DNA of 59,505 bases, filler included, from Jimgerdemannia flammicorona (lineage: Eukaryota), in assembly GCA_003990765.1 (NCBI GenBank). It is 2 parts of 2 records of this genome, joined end to end, with 100 filler letters (N's around TTAATTAATTAA, not from the genome) between each part and the next. Parts side by side here need not be neighbours in the genome. Positions count along the whole stretch, not along the records: positions 1 to 29,706 come from RBNJ01000474.1; 1 more part is not named here. One strand, written 5' to 3'. Of the stretch, positions 1 through 12,943 are shown piece by piece (position 1 is the stretch's first letter; each line of letters starts with the position of its first letter). The notes beneath the pieces were generated by a model, which was given only the letters and a program-made list of their open reading frames with translations, was not told where the DNA came from and did not search any database. Both the position numbers and the translations under genes were made by a program.

Positions 1-589
1 GGGGGGGGGAGGGATACTGATCTGCAGAAATGAGAGTTAGCTCCAATCTATATACTCACCCCATATCGAAAGCCTTGCCGAAAGATGACAGCAATATGCG
101 AATACGGTTAAGACACTCGAATTAAACCGGTACATTCAATTGGTAATAGAGGGCCTGCAAGACTGTATGAGGACAGATATCAATGGATCTTATTAGATCA
201 CGTAAGGGGTGCGTTATACTACCTCTTCCCCTCCTCCCAGGGACAAACATGGATTATAGGAATACAATAATGAGAAAAACAAATGGGTGGAACCAAAAAT
301 AAACAAGAATAAAGATGTAAGATGAGATGCGTGGAATGGAAAAGGTACAGGTTGAGAAAAAAAAAAAAACGTGGAAGCAATGAGCTGTTTGTTTTGGGAA
401 GCTTATTGGGCTCGCTTCGCTTTCATCCTCCCCGAAATTAATGGAACATGCATAGTGTGCGCTTGGTATACTGTTGCCACCAAAAAGGAAAAAAAAAAAA
501 CAAACCCCAACAAATACACAAAATACACAGAGATAAAAAAAAGGAGGGGGGAATCATGAAAACATCAACCCCTAAAACCCACTCCACTA

Positions 590-2520
<1,931 letters not shown>

Positions 2521-3883
2521 AACGCGGTTACTGCAAGACGGCGTGAGTGGAGGGTGAAATCAGGGACGGCAAAATTGCGGTGTGTGTGTGTGTGGTTTTC
2601 GTGCGAGCAGAGGTGAAGAGCAAAGAGACAAGGGTTAAGGGAGGAGAGTTACGTAGCAATTGAAGGGGATTGTATAGAAGGGATTCGTGACAAGACCAGC
2701 CTGAGGGGTCAAAGGGATATGTCGGAGCTTGGAGCAACAATAGGTTTGTGCACCCAGTGGCTTCAACAGTGGCTGTGTAGCCAAGAAGAACGTGTGTTCT
2801 GGGCTCCCAAAAGGAGCAATACCGCCGCTATTTTTACGCTTTGCTGAGTGCGAGGGGGTGGAGAGAGTACTCACGGCTTGAGTTTTTGGAAGGCCCGCTT
2901 GAGGCGACGGGGGAGTTTCATGGCGGACTTTCTTTGGGAGCAAGAGGCGTAAGGATGCGGGGGCGCGGACTAGTTGGCAAGGCCATGTTGTTGGGTTCCG
3001 ATCGTGCAAGTCTCACCTTGTTCCAGACAAAAGTCACGCTGTTCGCTGTCAACAAACCAGCTCGGAGGAAGAACCTTGTCGATCCAGCGAGTGTCAAGTC
3101 AAAGGGGGGGAGAGGTGTATTTTTAGACTCAGCTCTAGAGGTAGAGCATCACGGCAAACAAACACCGGGCGGTGCCAAGTCTCTCCCACGAGCGTAAGCC
3201 CCATCCATCACGATACCCATGATACCGCGAAATTGGACAGCATGTCGTCGGCCCAACCGACATATTAAATCACAGACCCTGACTAGATCCATTGCGCCGT
3301 TCAACGTGTCATTTGAGTCTCACCCAACATCGTTACTCATCCTCGCCTGAATTACCCGATATAATCGACGTAAAACAAATTGCAATGATGCCGTCAGTTA
3401 CCCCCCATCGCTAGCCATATCCTTGGCGCCGAGGAAGGTCCTAAATCGAAGCCGCATACGGATGTTATTTTTGGCAAAGGGAGATATCACGAAGAAACAA
3501 AGGCAAGGACCATCTGCATAAAAATTCAGAGTCCGAGCTTCTGCTGTGCGCTCGCTCCTTGCATTGCAGCTCACGGGATCATGGGCTTGAACCATCCGGC
3601 AATGTGGCGCTGATCGATTCATCGTGAATCGTTTGCAGAGGCTATACAATCAGGCCGCTTGGCACGATCATGTTACACCGCAGATCCATTTGCGACATTT
3701 TCAGACATATTGTTGGAAAAACCACCTGACGGTCTTCTACTCCGAATGTAAAGGCACCAACACTTACTCAGTAGGATCAACTAGGTGACAAACAATGCAC
3801 AATTCCTCGGATTTCATGTCCCGACAAAAATATACCTTGTTTACCTGACGTGTCACATTCATCATTTTTCAGATTCAGATTTG

Positions 3884-3923
<40 letters not shown>

Positions 3924-4314
3924 CTATTTATATCATGTATTACGAACTATTGTCAACATGGACAACGTCAAACGATACCATCACCGATTTGCGACTTTGG
4001 AATTTCTATTCCTTTGTCTCCTATTTATACCCGGCAAATGACATGGCGGAAACCATGATCATGAAGGATTATGGCATCGATAAGAATACATGTGTGGCGT
4101 GGCGCGACGCGACACTCTTCATGATCTTGAGCCCGCATTTGGGTTCGACCTGACCAAATGTGATTGTCCAAAAATGAAATACAAGACAGAAAAGTCCCAT
4201 CCCTTCTGGTTTACCGTAAACAGTTCGCCATGGAAGCACACGACGCAACTAGTGCAAGTGCTGATTGTCAATGCATGGTTCCAGATGAAATTTCGCTAAC
4301 ATCAAGATTGATTT

Positions 4315-4327
4315 TTCTCTCTCTCTC

Positions 4328-4365
<38 letters not shown>
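4315..4365. repeat. (CT)n microsatellite
   Basis: Imperfect TC/CT dinucleotide run. Confidence 0.9.
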
Positions 4366-4369
<4 letters not shown>

Positions 4370-4874
4370 TAACGATAAAAATATGCACAATGCTCAATCA
4401 ACTCTATTGCAGACAAGCCTAATCCGCAAAATCAATCAGTTCAGACGCTTCCGAGCTTGATTTGTCGCTTTTCCCTTTGCGGCACGACGAAGGCTTGGAT
4501 GTTTTGCAAGTTGGTTCTAATTAATTATCAAACTTGTTGCGTGGATGGCGGATTGTCGGTTCATTCAAACAATCAACAAATAATAAACGCATAACCGGTT
4601 TTCCGTTATGTGTTTGCAAATATGGGCTCCCTATGTCCTACCCTCTGTTTGGTATGGACTTCCCAAAAACGGCACAGTGATCGTTAAATATGGAATGGGA
4701 GATTCGGGAGTTCTTGTTTGTAGTGCGGTTCATCACCCACAGCGCAACATGTTTGGATTGATAAAGCTAGCTCCTGGGGGGTGCGCTTGTCGGTCAGTGA
4801 ATAAATACGAAAAATACATATCCATCTAGCGATACCGAGAAACTGGTTTCTAAGAAAAGAGAGGCTGATTTAGT

Positions 4875-5813
4875 CTACAGATGGATCGTGTTGCTGTACT
4901 GGAACTGCCCAGCCTCCAACCTCTGGATATTAATGGACTTGTTCGGGACATCGTAATGCGTGACGAACACGGCCGCCTGGTTCGTGGGCCGGACGAAATA
5001 GTCGGGGGAACCTTTGCTTGTCTGCCACGAGTACATTGTCACCCAGCACATCTCCTCGCCTTGCGTCACCACTTCGGCAATGTCAAGCTCACCGCACCCG
5101 TCGCGCTGGCAGTTGCACCCGTACTGCGCCGTCCGCGGGATTTTGGCGTTCAGCGACCAGATCGCCGGCTTGTCGCGGTCCTGCCCGGCCGTATACCCGG
5201 GAATCTCGTGCGGCATGCTTGCCTCCACCACCAGGATCTTCTCGTCCGCCCACCCGCGCATCCCCACCGGACGATACCACCCGCACGTCTCCGTCGTGCA
5301 CGGCTGCCCGGAGAGCACCGTCATTTCGACCCCATTCCCCAGCGTGCCTCCGAAAACCGTCGACTGGGCGACGTTCTTGGTCCCATCCGTGCTGGCCCAA
5401 CTGAGCGAGTTGCCTTGGCAGATCGACCACTCACCGCTCGCCCCGCCGCCGAGGTTGTTGAGGAACGATATGTTCTCGGAAACGCCGCCGCTGGTCCAGT
5501 ATGAGACCCGACTGTAGCCGCCTGTATTGTCGGGCTGGTACACGGCAATGTTGGAGATAACCATCGGCCCGCGGAGTTGGATGCTCATCTCTTCGTTGAA
5601 CGGGGAGAGGTTGCCCGAAACGGCTTGCATCTGACGGACGCAGGACGGCGGGGTCGCGGGGCAATTGGGGAAGGTGCCGGGTAGCTGGTTTGTGACCAAG
5701 GGGTATTGACCGGAGCCGCCGAGGTTGTTGAAAGAGATAGAGGTGACTGGGTTGCCAGCATGGACATGCGCCGTGAGGGCGAGGACGGAAGCGAGGAAGG
5801 TGACGGTGCGCAT
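4875..5813 (-). CDS. TOS1: Secreted Tos1/YJL171C-like cell-wall protein (putative GH16-like glucanase fold), 312 aa, intronless
   Basis: ATG at 5813 is followed by a signal peptide (MRTVTFLASVLALTAHVHA). Family motifs SGNLSPFNEEMSIQLRGPM, DKPAIWSLNAKIPRTAQYGCNC and GCGELDIAEV (ExDxxE) are present. The symbol is family-level only. Confidence 0.85.
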   Translation of the reverse strand: MRTVTFLASVLALTAHVHAGNPVTSISFNNLGGSGQYPLVTNQLPGTFPNCPATPPSCVRQMQAVSGNLSPFNEEMSIQLRGPMVISNIAVYQPDNTGGYSRVSYWTSGGVSENISFLNNLGGGASGEWSICQGNSLSWASTDGTKNVAQSTVFGGTLGNGVEMTVLSGQPCTTETCGWYRPVGMRGWADEKILVVEASMPHEIPGYTAGQDRDKPAIWSLNAKIPRTAQYGCNCQRDGCGELDIAEVVTQGEEMCWVTMYSWQTSKGSPDYFVRPTNQAAVFVTHYDVPNKSINIQRLEAGQFQYSNTIHL

Positions 5814-5876
5814 TTTGGAATATAGTAGCGGATGAGATGAGGGACTTGTGTTGTTGGGTGGTTCTTTAAGGCGCCC

Positions 5877-5888
5877 CTTTTTATAAAT
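5877..5888 (-). promoter_or_regulatory. TATA box of the Tos1-like gene
   Basis: TATAAAAAGG on the minus strand about 65-70 nt upstream of the ATG at 5813. Confidence 0.5.
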
Positions 5889-7532
5889 AGCGGTGACGGT
5901 GTTGCGATGCAATGGCCAGTTTCCCCCACTCTAGATTCAGGTCCGTCTTGTGCTGTGAACCACACTGACTGTGAGCCCTGGCTAATCCATACACAGTATA
6001 TTAAAATTCGGCATTTGAACAGGGTATTTGAAAAAATTGAAGTTGACGGGGTTTTGGTCTCGCAAAAGACGACAAGTGTTTGCTCTGTACACCCTTTGTC
6101 CCAGTTTCTTTCACACTACTTTGAGATAATACCGTCGGTGGAGCGATCTAGCCATGTCAAATGATCGGGCTGCCCGGAATTATTCCCGAACCCCACCAAA
6201 TTTTTTATGCGCAAGAGCAGCCATCATCCCTGACCTTTTCAAATCGTTCAGTTACACCATTGGCTCGAACTTACTCACGAATGACACATCGACCCTTCCA
6301 ATATCATTCTCGAGATTAGCTATGACTAAGGCGACATGATTGCGATCCTTACCGGTCGCTATCGGACCTTTGAGCCGCGTCGTAGGGGTGGATAACGTCC
6401 CCGGCTCTCCAGTGACGGGAGGTAGCTCGACGAACCACATCCGGAACGGCCTGATTGGCGATCGCGTCGCGTTCCATCACGTCTTGAGCAACTCTGCACC
6501 TCTGCTGTTCTCGAGATCATTCGATTACGCTGTTTTGAGCCACTGCAGTTGGTACTTCGCCTCACCTCCATAATTCGCAGACTGCGCCTATTCTCCCGAA
6601 GGCTTTTCTGACTAAGCCTCCGCTGTCACACAAACGTCGCTAAGTCGCGAGATTCTCGTCTATCTGTCTCCACTTGGCTACTGCCAACAACGCGCGAATC
6701 ATGTCTGGGGTGAACAGGGTCCGGATGTTGGAACTGCTGCCGTCTTTTTGGTCTCCAGTTGCGACTGAATCAGGACGGATGTGAAGTACAGATATTGAGC
6801 GGAATTGGAGAGTCAATAAGAATACAGAGATGGACGAAGCCTAGTCTATCTCGCGACTTAGCACAGTGGACACGTCCGAGCCTGAGGGAGGTGAATGATG
6901 TTAGACAAAATTTATTTTCAAGAAATCGAGGAGAGGCTGATTCGGGCACAAGTGGAGATGTCGAAGGTAACGACGGAAAAAGTGATGCGAGGAGGTGAGA
7001 AGATCAAGCTTCGTGGCTGAAGAGATTAACTATATAAGTTATCTATCGTCTACAGCTTGGTAATTCCCAATGACATACCTCGGTTCTGCTCTTGCAATGT
7101 TCGCTTCGTATACAATTGCGAGATCTACAGTGACTACATTGAAGAGCAGTATACGTCAATGGAATTACCAGCCACTCTACACTGTATAATTCTGCCGTAA
7201 ATAAAATTTAAAAGTTTGGAGCACAACCTCAATTAACTGAGAATGCAAGCATGCACCAACCTATGAACACGGATGCGTCAACACTGGAAAAGATAAGCTC
7301 TATATGGAATACGACAACATCAACCACGTGAACCAACGCGCCTCAGTAGCTCGAGCTACAAGAAGCGAAAAACCCCGTAGTTGATTCACATGACCCACGC
7401 GTAAAAACACGCGATCAGCTAGGCGAGTCAATCTTCCAATGCATCTTGATTCTCTGCCCCTCCTACTCTAGTTAGATATGTGAAACAAGTAGTTCAGTTT
7501 AAAGCAGTTATGTAAAGCTATTATAATCATTT

Positions 7533-7574
7533 TACGCAGTGTGTTTTCATTCTACGCAGTGTGTTTTCATTCTA
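7533..7574. repeat. 20-bp tandem duplication
   Basis: TACGCAGTGTGTTTTCATTC occurs twice in tandem. Confidence 0.85.
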
Positions 7575-8370
7575 GCGATGTATGTTTTTTATTGGATGAA
7601 AAAAAAGGGAGGGGGGGAGGCTTGCCACTACCGATGCCCTGCAGGTTCCTAACTTTAATGTAGATTCCAAAATATGCAATAGGGTTTGCCATATTCCGAA
7701 AAACTCGAGTTTCGAACACCACGGCAGTGGGCACTTCGCCAACGCTCCATCCCTATATGAGACTCGAAAAAATGTCTTGCAATCACTTTAATTGTATTAT
7801 ATCTTCCATAGTTTATGAAATGATTTACTTTCAGTTATTGTACAAAATGTTGTAAATAGCAAAGTTTAGGTTTATCTTAAAAAATTGAGTATTATTTATA
7901 ATCTGGGTTCTTGAACTTTTTTATTTATTTTATTTTTACATTTGAAGCTTCGCAATGGATATAAACCCAAACACATATTCGACTCTATTTCTTACTCGAT
8001 GAGGTTTTGCTTTTTTTTTTTTTTTTTTTTTTTTTTTTGTTCTTACTTTTTTAATGATGAAACCCGATTTACACATACCCGCGATATCTCCCCGGCTGCA
8101 AATTCGGGGATCTACCCCACATGTTGGGGCTGTTCCTAATAAGTTATATATATTTTTTTAATGGCAGTGGAAAGCAATGGATATTAAGAAAGTGAGGACT
8201 GTATTTCAGATGTATACTCCCACACTCTACATATTTGTGAATGAAGTAGTGTAGTATATTGATATACTTCATTCTATTGTAATGTCAGATTCTTGGCAAG
8301 TACTATTGTCAATTAGTTATTTTGCTGAATGAGTATAGGACTATGCTCTTGAGTGAATCTGAGCTCCTTT

Positions 8371-9044
8371 TAGTGCTCCAAATGAGTCAATTTGAATCAA
8401 ATCTAGATTTGATTCATTACATGATAGTTTGATCCAAATCTCAAATCCAAATCAACTCAGATTAATCTGAATCACCTCATTCAAATTGCCCTATCTGAAT
8501 TGCTCCATCCAAATCACCCATCCAAATTACTCTATTCAAACCACTTAATCTGAATCACTTAATCTGAATCACTCAATCTGAATCACTTAATCTAAATTAC
8601 TCAATCCAAATCACTCAATTCAAATTCTTCAATCTAAATCCTCATCCAAATCCTTCAACCAAATCCTCTAATCCAAATTCTCTAATCCAAATTCTCCAAT
8701 CTGAATCCTCCATATGACTCATATACTGGATACATCTATATATACAATATATACATATGCAAATATACACAAATATATATATAATCACATATTGACAGAT
8801 CAGTCTTTAACAGTTTACAGTATCAATGATACTTCAAGTCAAATATCTCTGATAGTTCCATACCTTCTATGCAATTCTTACTCTAAAATCTTGCAATATT
8901 GTACTAAGATAAGAGATGATATTATTTGTAACTATTGTAGATAAATATTTTTTAAAAAAAAGAAGAAGATATACCTATGATATAACTGATACTTTGTTTG
9001 ATATACATATGATACTATTTCATTTACCCCCATAAACTATATAG
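8371..9044 (+). mobile_element. Left end of a degenerate hAT-like DNA transposon (TIR, subterminal repeats, BED-finger-like remnant), interrupted by Gypsy-A1
   Basis: TAGTGCTCCAAATGAGTC at 8371 matches the MITE terminus TAGTGCTCCCAAACGAGTC. It is followed by a repeat array and then SKILQYCTKIRDDIICNYC, with TDTLFDIHMILFH in another frame, resembling a decayed BED zinc finger. Confidence 0.5.
8385..8712. repeat. Degenerate ~14-15-bp tandem array (AATCTGAATCACTT/ATCCAAATCACTCA)
   Basis: Roughly twenty imperfect units, related to the GAATC/GATTC subterminal repeats of the MITEs. Confidence 0.8.
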
Positions 9045-9270
9045 TATCACATAGTGGTCACTGAGTTCTTCAAATATGCCAGATTCTCTTTAAGATGTAT
9101 CTCTTAGACTAACTCAAGTTTGTTATAAGCAAGTTCTTATTGGAGTGCCTTCCCAAGGTCTTATAGTCCTCAAACTTCTTATCTTTAACTATCTTGTTAT
9201 CTCTTAGATTACTTGCAAGGAAGTGTGTATATTGCACTGAGAAGACTGACTTTATTTTAGAGGAAATAAG

Positions 9271-9284
9271 AGGGGTATTTATAC
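9271..9284 (-). promoter_or_regulatory. LTR-A TATA box (GTATAAATACCCC)
   Basis: Conserved position in the A LTRs; the same motif is in the B LTRs (27362-27376). Confidence 0.6.
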
Positions 9285-9516
9285 AAAATATAATTCAATA
9301 GTTGCTAAGATATAAAGCTAAATATAAATTTCAATAACTAAAACTACTAAGTTCCAGGGTCAGCACTGATGGTTGTACAGGTTCAGGATACTGGTATAAT
9401 TCAGTGTCACATCAGAATACTAGAACAATTTCGCATCACCTCAGAATACCAGTGCTAGCATTATTCGGTATTATATCAAAATACTGGTGCTGGTATTATT
9501 TAGTATAACAAAGAAC

Positions 9517-10421
9517 TTAGAGCAGAAAGTTCAGGATCATGGGGGCTTCATCATCATCATTACTGAAGGAGATGAGATCCACAAATTTGTTGTTTTTGTA
9601 TACTTTGATGTTGTGTGGGATGACATCATCACATTTGGCAGTAAGAAGGAGATCTGGGGCTCTCCAGTCTATGTGGTTCTCTTCCACAAAATAGAGAATA
9701 AATGTGGGGTCTTGGGGAGGTCTAATCTGGATGCTTGGGCCTTGGAATACTGAGATCAATCCTTGCAGGAATTGGTCTGGATTGTCCTGAAGGATAGGAT
9801 GTCAGAAGTCTTCTATTTCATCACTATTGAGAGTAATAGTGGACTGGGCTTCTGTAGCCACCCTGGCTTCTAGTGTATTGATATAGCAGGATGACAGGTC
9901 TCTGAAATCTGAAACTCTAACATACTCCAAGTTGAGGATCAACTATAATACATATCTGAAGATCTGATAGATCTTTTTAGCTGTTCTTGTCTCATATATA
10001 TCCATAGGAGTGGTATCTTGTAGCTCTTGAGGGCTGGCCTGTGGGAACTTCCAGTAGAGGAGATTTCTATTTCATACTCCTGTCACATTTAGAGACATTT
10101 GGTAGCAATGGTGATCCTTGTTTCCATTTCATGGTAGTAGAGGATAAAGTGATAGAGATCTGCAGTACTCAGGTCAACACTAGGAGTCCTTCTTGAGTGG
10201 GTCCTCATAGCTCTTCTGATGTCTTGGAACATCCTTTCTTTGACTGAGGTGCCTTGGTGGTTCCTTGACCTTGAGGTTTGGCAGGCAGCAGGCATTTTAT
10301 TTATAGTAAGTCTTTGAGCTATTTTGAGATTGATGGGTCTTGTTGGTTGTTGCCTACTGTAGTTCCTTGATTCTTCTTTTATATTCCTCAAGATACTCAT
10401 ACTGTGGTTACAATGACTCAC
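9517..10421 (-). pseudogene. LTR-A U3-embedded ORF (>=300 codons when reconstructed), unknown function
   Basis: Fragments 10089-10421, 9517-9759 and 22800-23126 join into one frame once a 1-nt deletion in this copy and deamination-type stops are corrected by comparing LTR copies. Confidence 0.6.
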
Positions 10422-10851
10422 AGTTTGTTATCATTGCTCATCTCATATGCTGTATGATCTTCTTGTACTCTGATCTGGTAGCTTGCAAGGAAAGGCTGTC
10501 TCCTGTGCTGATGTCATCATTCTGAGGTCACTGTTACATCTTCCTCCTGAATAAGGATCTTCTTGAGCATCCTTATTCATTAGTCCAGTCCTGAAAAATT
10601 TGCTGATCCCATAACCTCTGGCAAGGGGTCGAAAAGTAGTATTTATGGGCTGTCATCTTCTCTTTGTATTTTGGTGTGATGGTGAAGGATCACTTTCTTC
10701 ATATAGAGCAAGGGCCTGATTCTGATCTTGACCAATCAGTTGATGGTTCGAACTTCTCTAACTTTGAAAGTCTTATGGATGAGTAGTTGCCAGTACTGTA
10801 TCCTTTAGAGAATGGTCCAGACAGATAGTCTGCTGGTTATGGGACATACTG

Positions 10852-12099
10852 TTATGATTCATGGACTAGAACCTCATAGGCAGTTATCACATTTTGCTTC
10901 TCTTGTATAGGTTTGTGGTACTTCTTGAGTCTGTTTCTATGTACCATGGTAGGCAGTATGGTCTCTGAGATTTTTCTAAGCCAGAAGGTGGTTCCCTTGA
11001 TATCTTGCATGTAGAAGGGTCCTTTCCATTTGGGCTCCAGTTTTTGTGACCATGAGACTTCTACTATATTTCGATACAGTAGAATCTTTTCTCCGATTTG
11101 GATGGATTCTAGGGCCTTGTGATTCTTTTCTATATTCTTTCTTATCAGCACTTGTAACTTGGTGATGTAATCTTTAGCCTTCTTCCTAATTTGGTGTAGT
11201 CTCTGGATTTCTGCATCAACCTGTCTCCAAGTTAGGTCTAGATTTGTAGCTGAGATTCCATCAGAATCTTCTTCTCTGAAGAGCAGCTCTCTTGGGGTAA
11301 AATGTGTGCTCTGTAACTGTATGTCTCATAGAACAGAGAGGGCAGTTGGGAGATAGTTATCCCAATTCTCATATGTCTCTGAGATCTTTACTAGAATGTT
11401 CTTGAGGGTCTTGTTGGTTCTCTCTGTCTGTCCATTTCCTTGAGAGTGGTATGCAGTGGTCTTGATATGCTGGATCTTGTATTTCTGATATATTATCTCG
11501 TGAAATCCATTGACAAATTCTGTTCCATGGTCTGTTGTGATTTGCTTTGGTGTCTTATAGTGGCAGATGATTTCTTGGTATAGGAAGTCGGCTATAGAGA
11601 GGGTATTGGCTTCTTGTAATGCTCCTGCCTCTATTAATTTGGTGAAGAGGTCTATAATAACTATAATATAGTGGTTTCCTGTTAATGTTACTGGTAGTGG
11701 TCCAATGATATCCATTACGATGTGGTGGAAGGAGATAGGATCAATTCTTGATGACCTGGGTATCTGGTCTTACTGATCTTGTTTCTGTTTTTGGCACTTA
11801 TCATACCCTTTGACAAATTGGCACAGATCTTCTTCCATCTTGGGCCACCATATAGTTCTTCTTGCCTTGTCATATATGTTGATTCCTCCTAAGTATCTTT
11901 ACTTATATACTTTCTTCATTACTTAATACTTCTTGTGTTCAGGAATTACTAGTTTTCCTCTTTTTCTGAGTATAGTGTTGTCTAATTCAAACTGTTTCTA
12001 AGTCTGGTTGATGATGATGATTGTCCAGGGTTCGAGGTGGTTGGGCATCTTCCACTGCCCAAGATAGCTGATTAATCCATAGTATAGCTCCTTATTCAT
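10852..12099 (-). pseudogene. A1 integrase (own ATG at 12099; Zn-finger remnant, DDE core, GPF motif)
   Basis: MNKELYYGL...WWPKM...DKCQK, MDIIGPLP, TTDHGTEF, QGNGQTER, KWKGPF. Confidence 0.85.
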
Positions 12100-12124
12100 G
12101 TTGAATAGTCTTGATGGGGGTGTT

Positions 12125-12943
12125 TCAGAATATCCTTGAGAGTGCATTAGCATTGGTGTTGGTCTTTCCTGAGCAGTGCTTGACAGTACAGTCATATTCT
12201 TGCAGCCTGTAGATCCATCTGGCATATATTCCTTTGGGGTTTAGAGTGTAGAATAGCCAGGTAAGAGCAGAGTGATCTGTTTGAATAGTGAAGTGTTTCC
12301 CAGCTAGGTAGTAGTGGAACTTGTCTACTGCCCAAACTATTGTTAAGTATTCAAGCTTGCATGACTTGTAGTTCTGTTCTGCTCAATGAGTACCTCAGCT
12401 TGTATAGGAGATGACATATTTATGTCCATCTTTCTTCTGAGCTAGGACTGCTCCAAGTCTTATAGTACTTGTATCTGTCTGCAGGATGAATTCTAGATTC
12501 CAATCTGGTCTTCTGAGGATGGGTGCTTGGGTCAATCTGGTCTTGAGTTCATTGAAGGTTTCTTAGTACTCTTTGGTCCATTTGAATTTGGTCTCCTTCT
12601 TCAGTAGCTCGTAGATAGGTGCTGCAATGTTAGAATATCCTTTGGTGAATCTTCTGTAGTAGCTGGCCAGTCCAAGGAAGGCATGGACTTCTGTGGCTGT
12701 TCTGGGCCTTGGGTAGGCTACAACAGCCTCAATCTTCATGAGGTCTATGTGAATTCTGGTCTGGTTAATGAGGTATTCTAGGTAGGCAATTTCTTGAGCT
12801 ACAAACTTACATTTCTTGGGCTTGATATAGAGGCCATATTCTTTGAGCTTCTTGAGGGCTAGCTGTATGTGATTGACATGTTCCTGTGTAGTGTTGCTGA
12901 AGATGATCATATTATCAACATAGACAAAGAGTCATTTTCCAAT
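12125..12943 (-). pseudogene. A1 RT C-terminus and RNase H
   Basis: YVDNMIIFS, KPKKCKF, FLGLASYYRRF, ARWIYRLQEY, NANALSR. Confidence 0.88.

Larger units (their letters stand above)
9045..10538 (-). repeat. 3' LTR of A1 (~1.5 kb)
   Basis: TATCAC (decayed TGTCAC)...GTTACA termini, followed by TCTTCCTCCT (PPT complement); homologous to the LTRs at 22017, 30167 and 44115. Confidence 0.9.

Noticed and set aside
3200..4870. Intergenic ORFs between the kinase and Tos1-like genes
   Set aside because: They run through homopolymers and microsatellites and have no recognisable domains
4881..5664. Several overlapping or antisense ORFs over the Tos1-like gene
   Set aside because: Shadow ORFs of a GC-rich coding sequence with no motifs
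6154..7000. Short ORFs (e.g. 6252-6440 minus) as a third host gene
   Set aside because: No recognisable motifs and no consistent splice model; a pseudogene fragment cannot be excluded
8385..8712. Repeat array (and the MITE GAATC repeats) as a CRISPR array or telomere
   Set aside because: No unique spacers or cas genes, degenerate units, eukaryotic context; better explained as transposon subterminal repeats
9517..10850. The 3'/LTR ORFs as env genes
   Set aside because: No evident signal peptide, transmembrane segment or fusion-protein features
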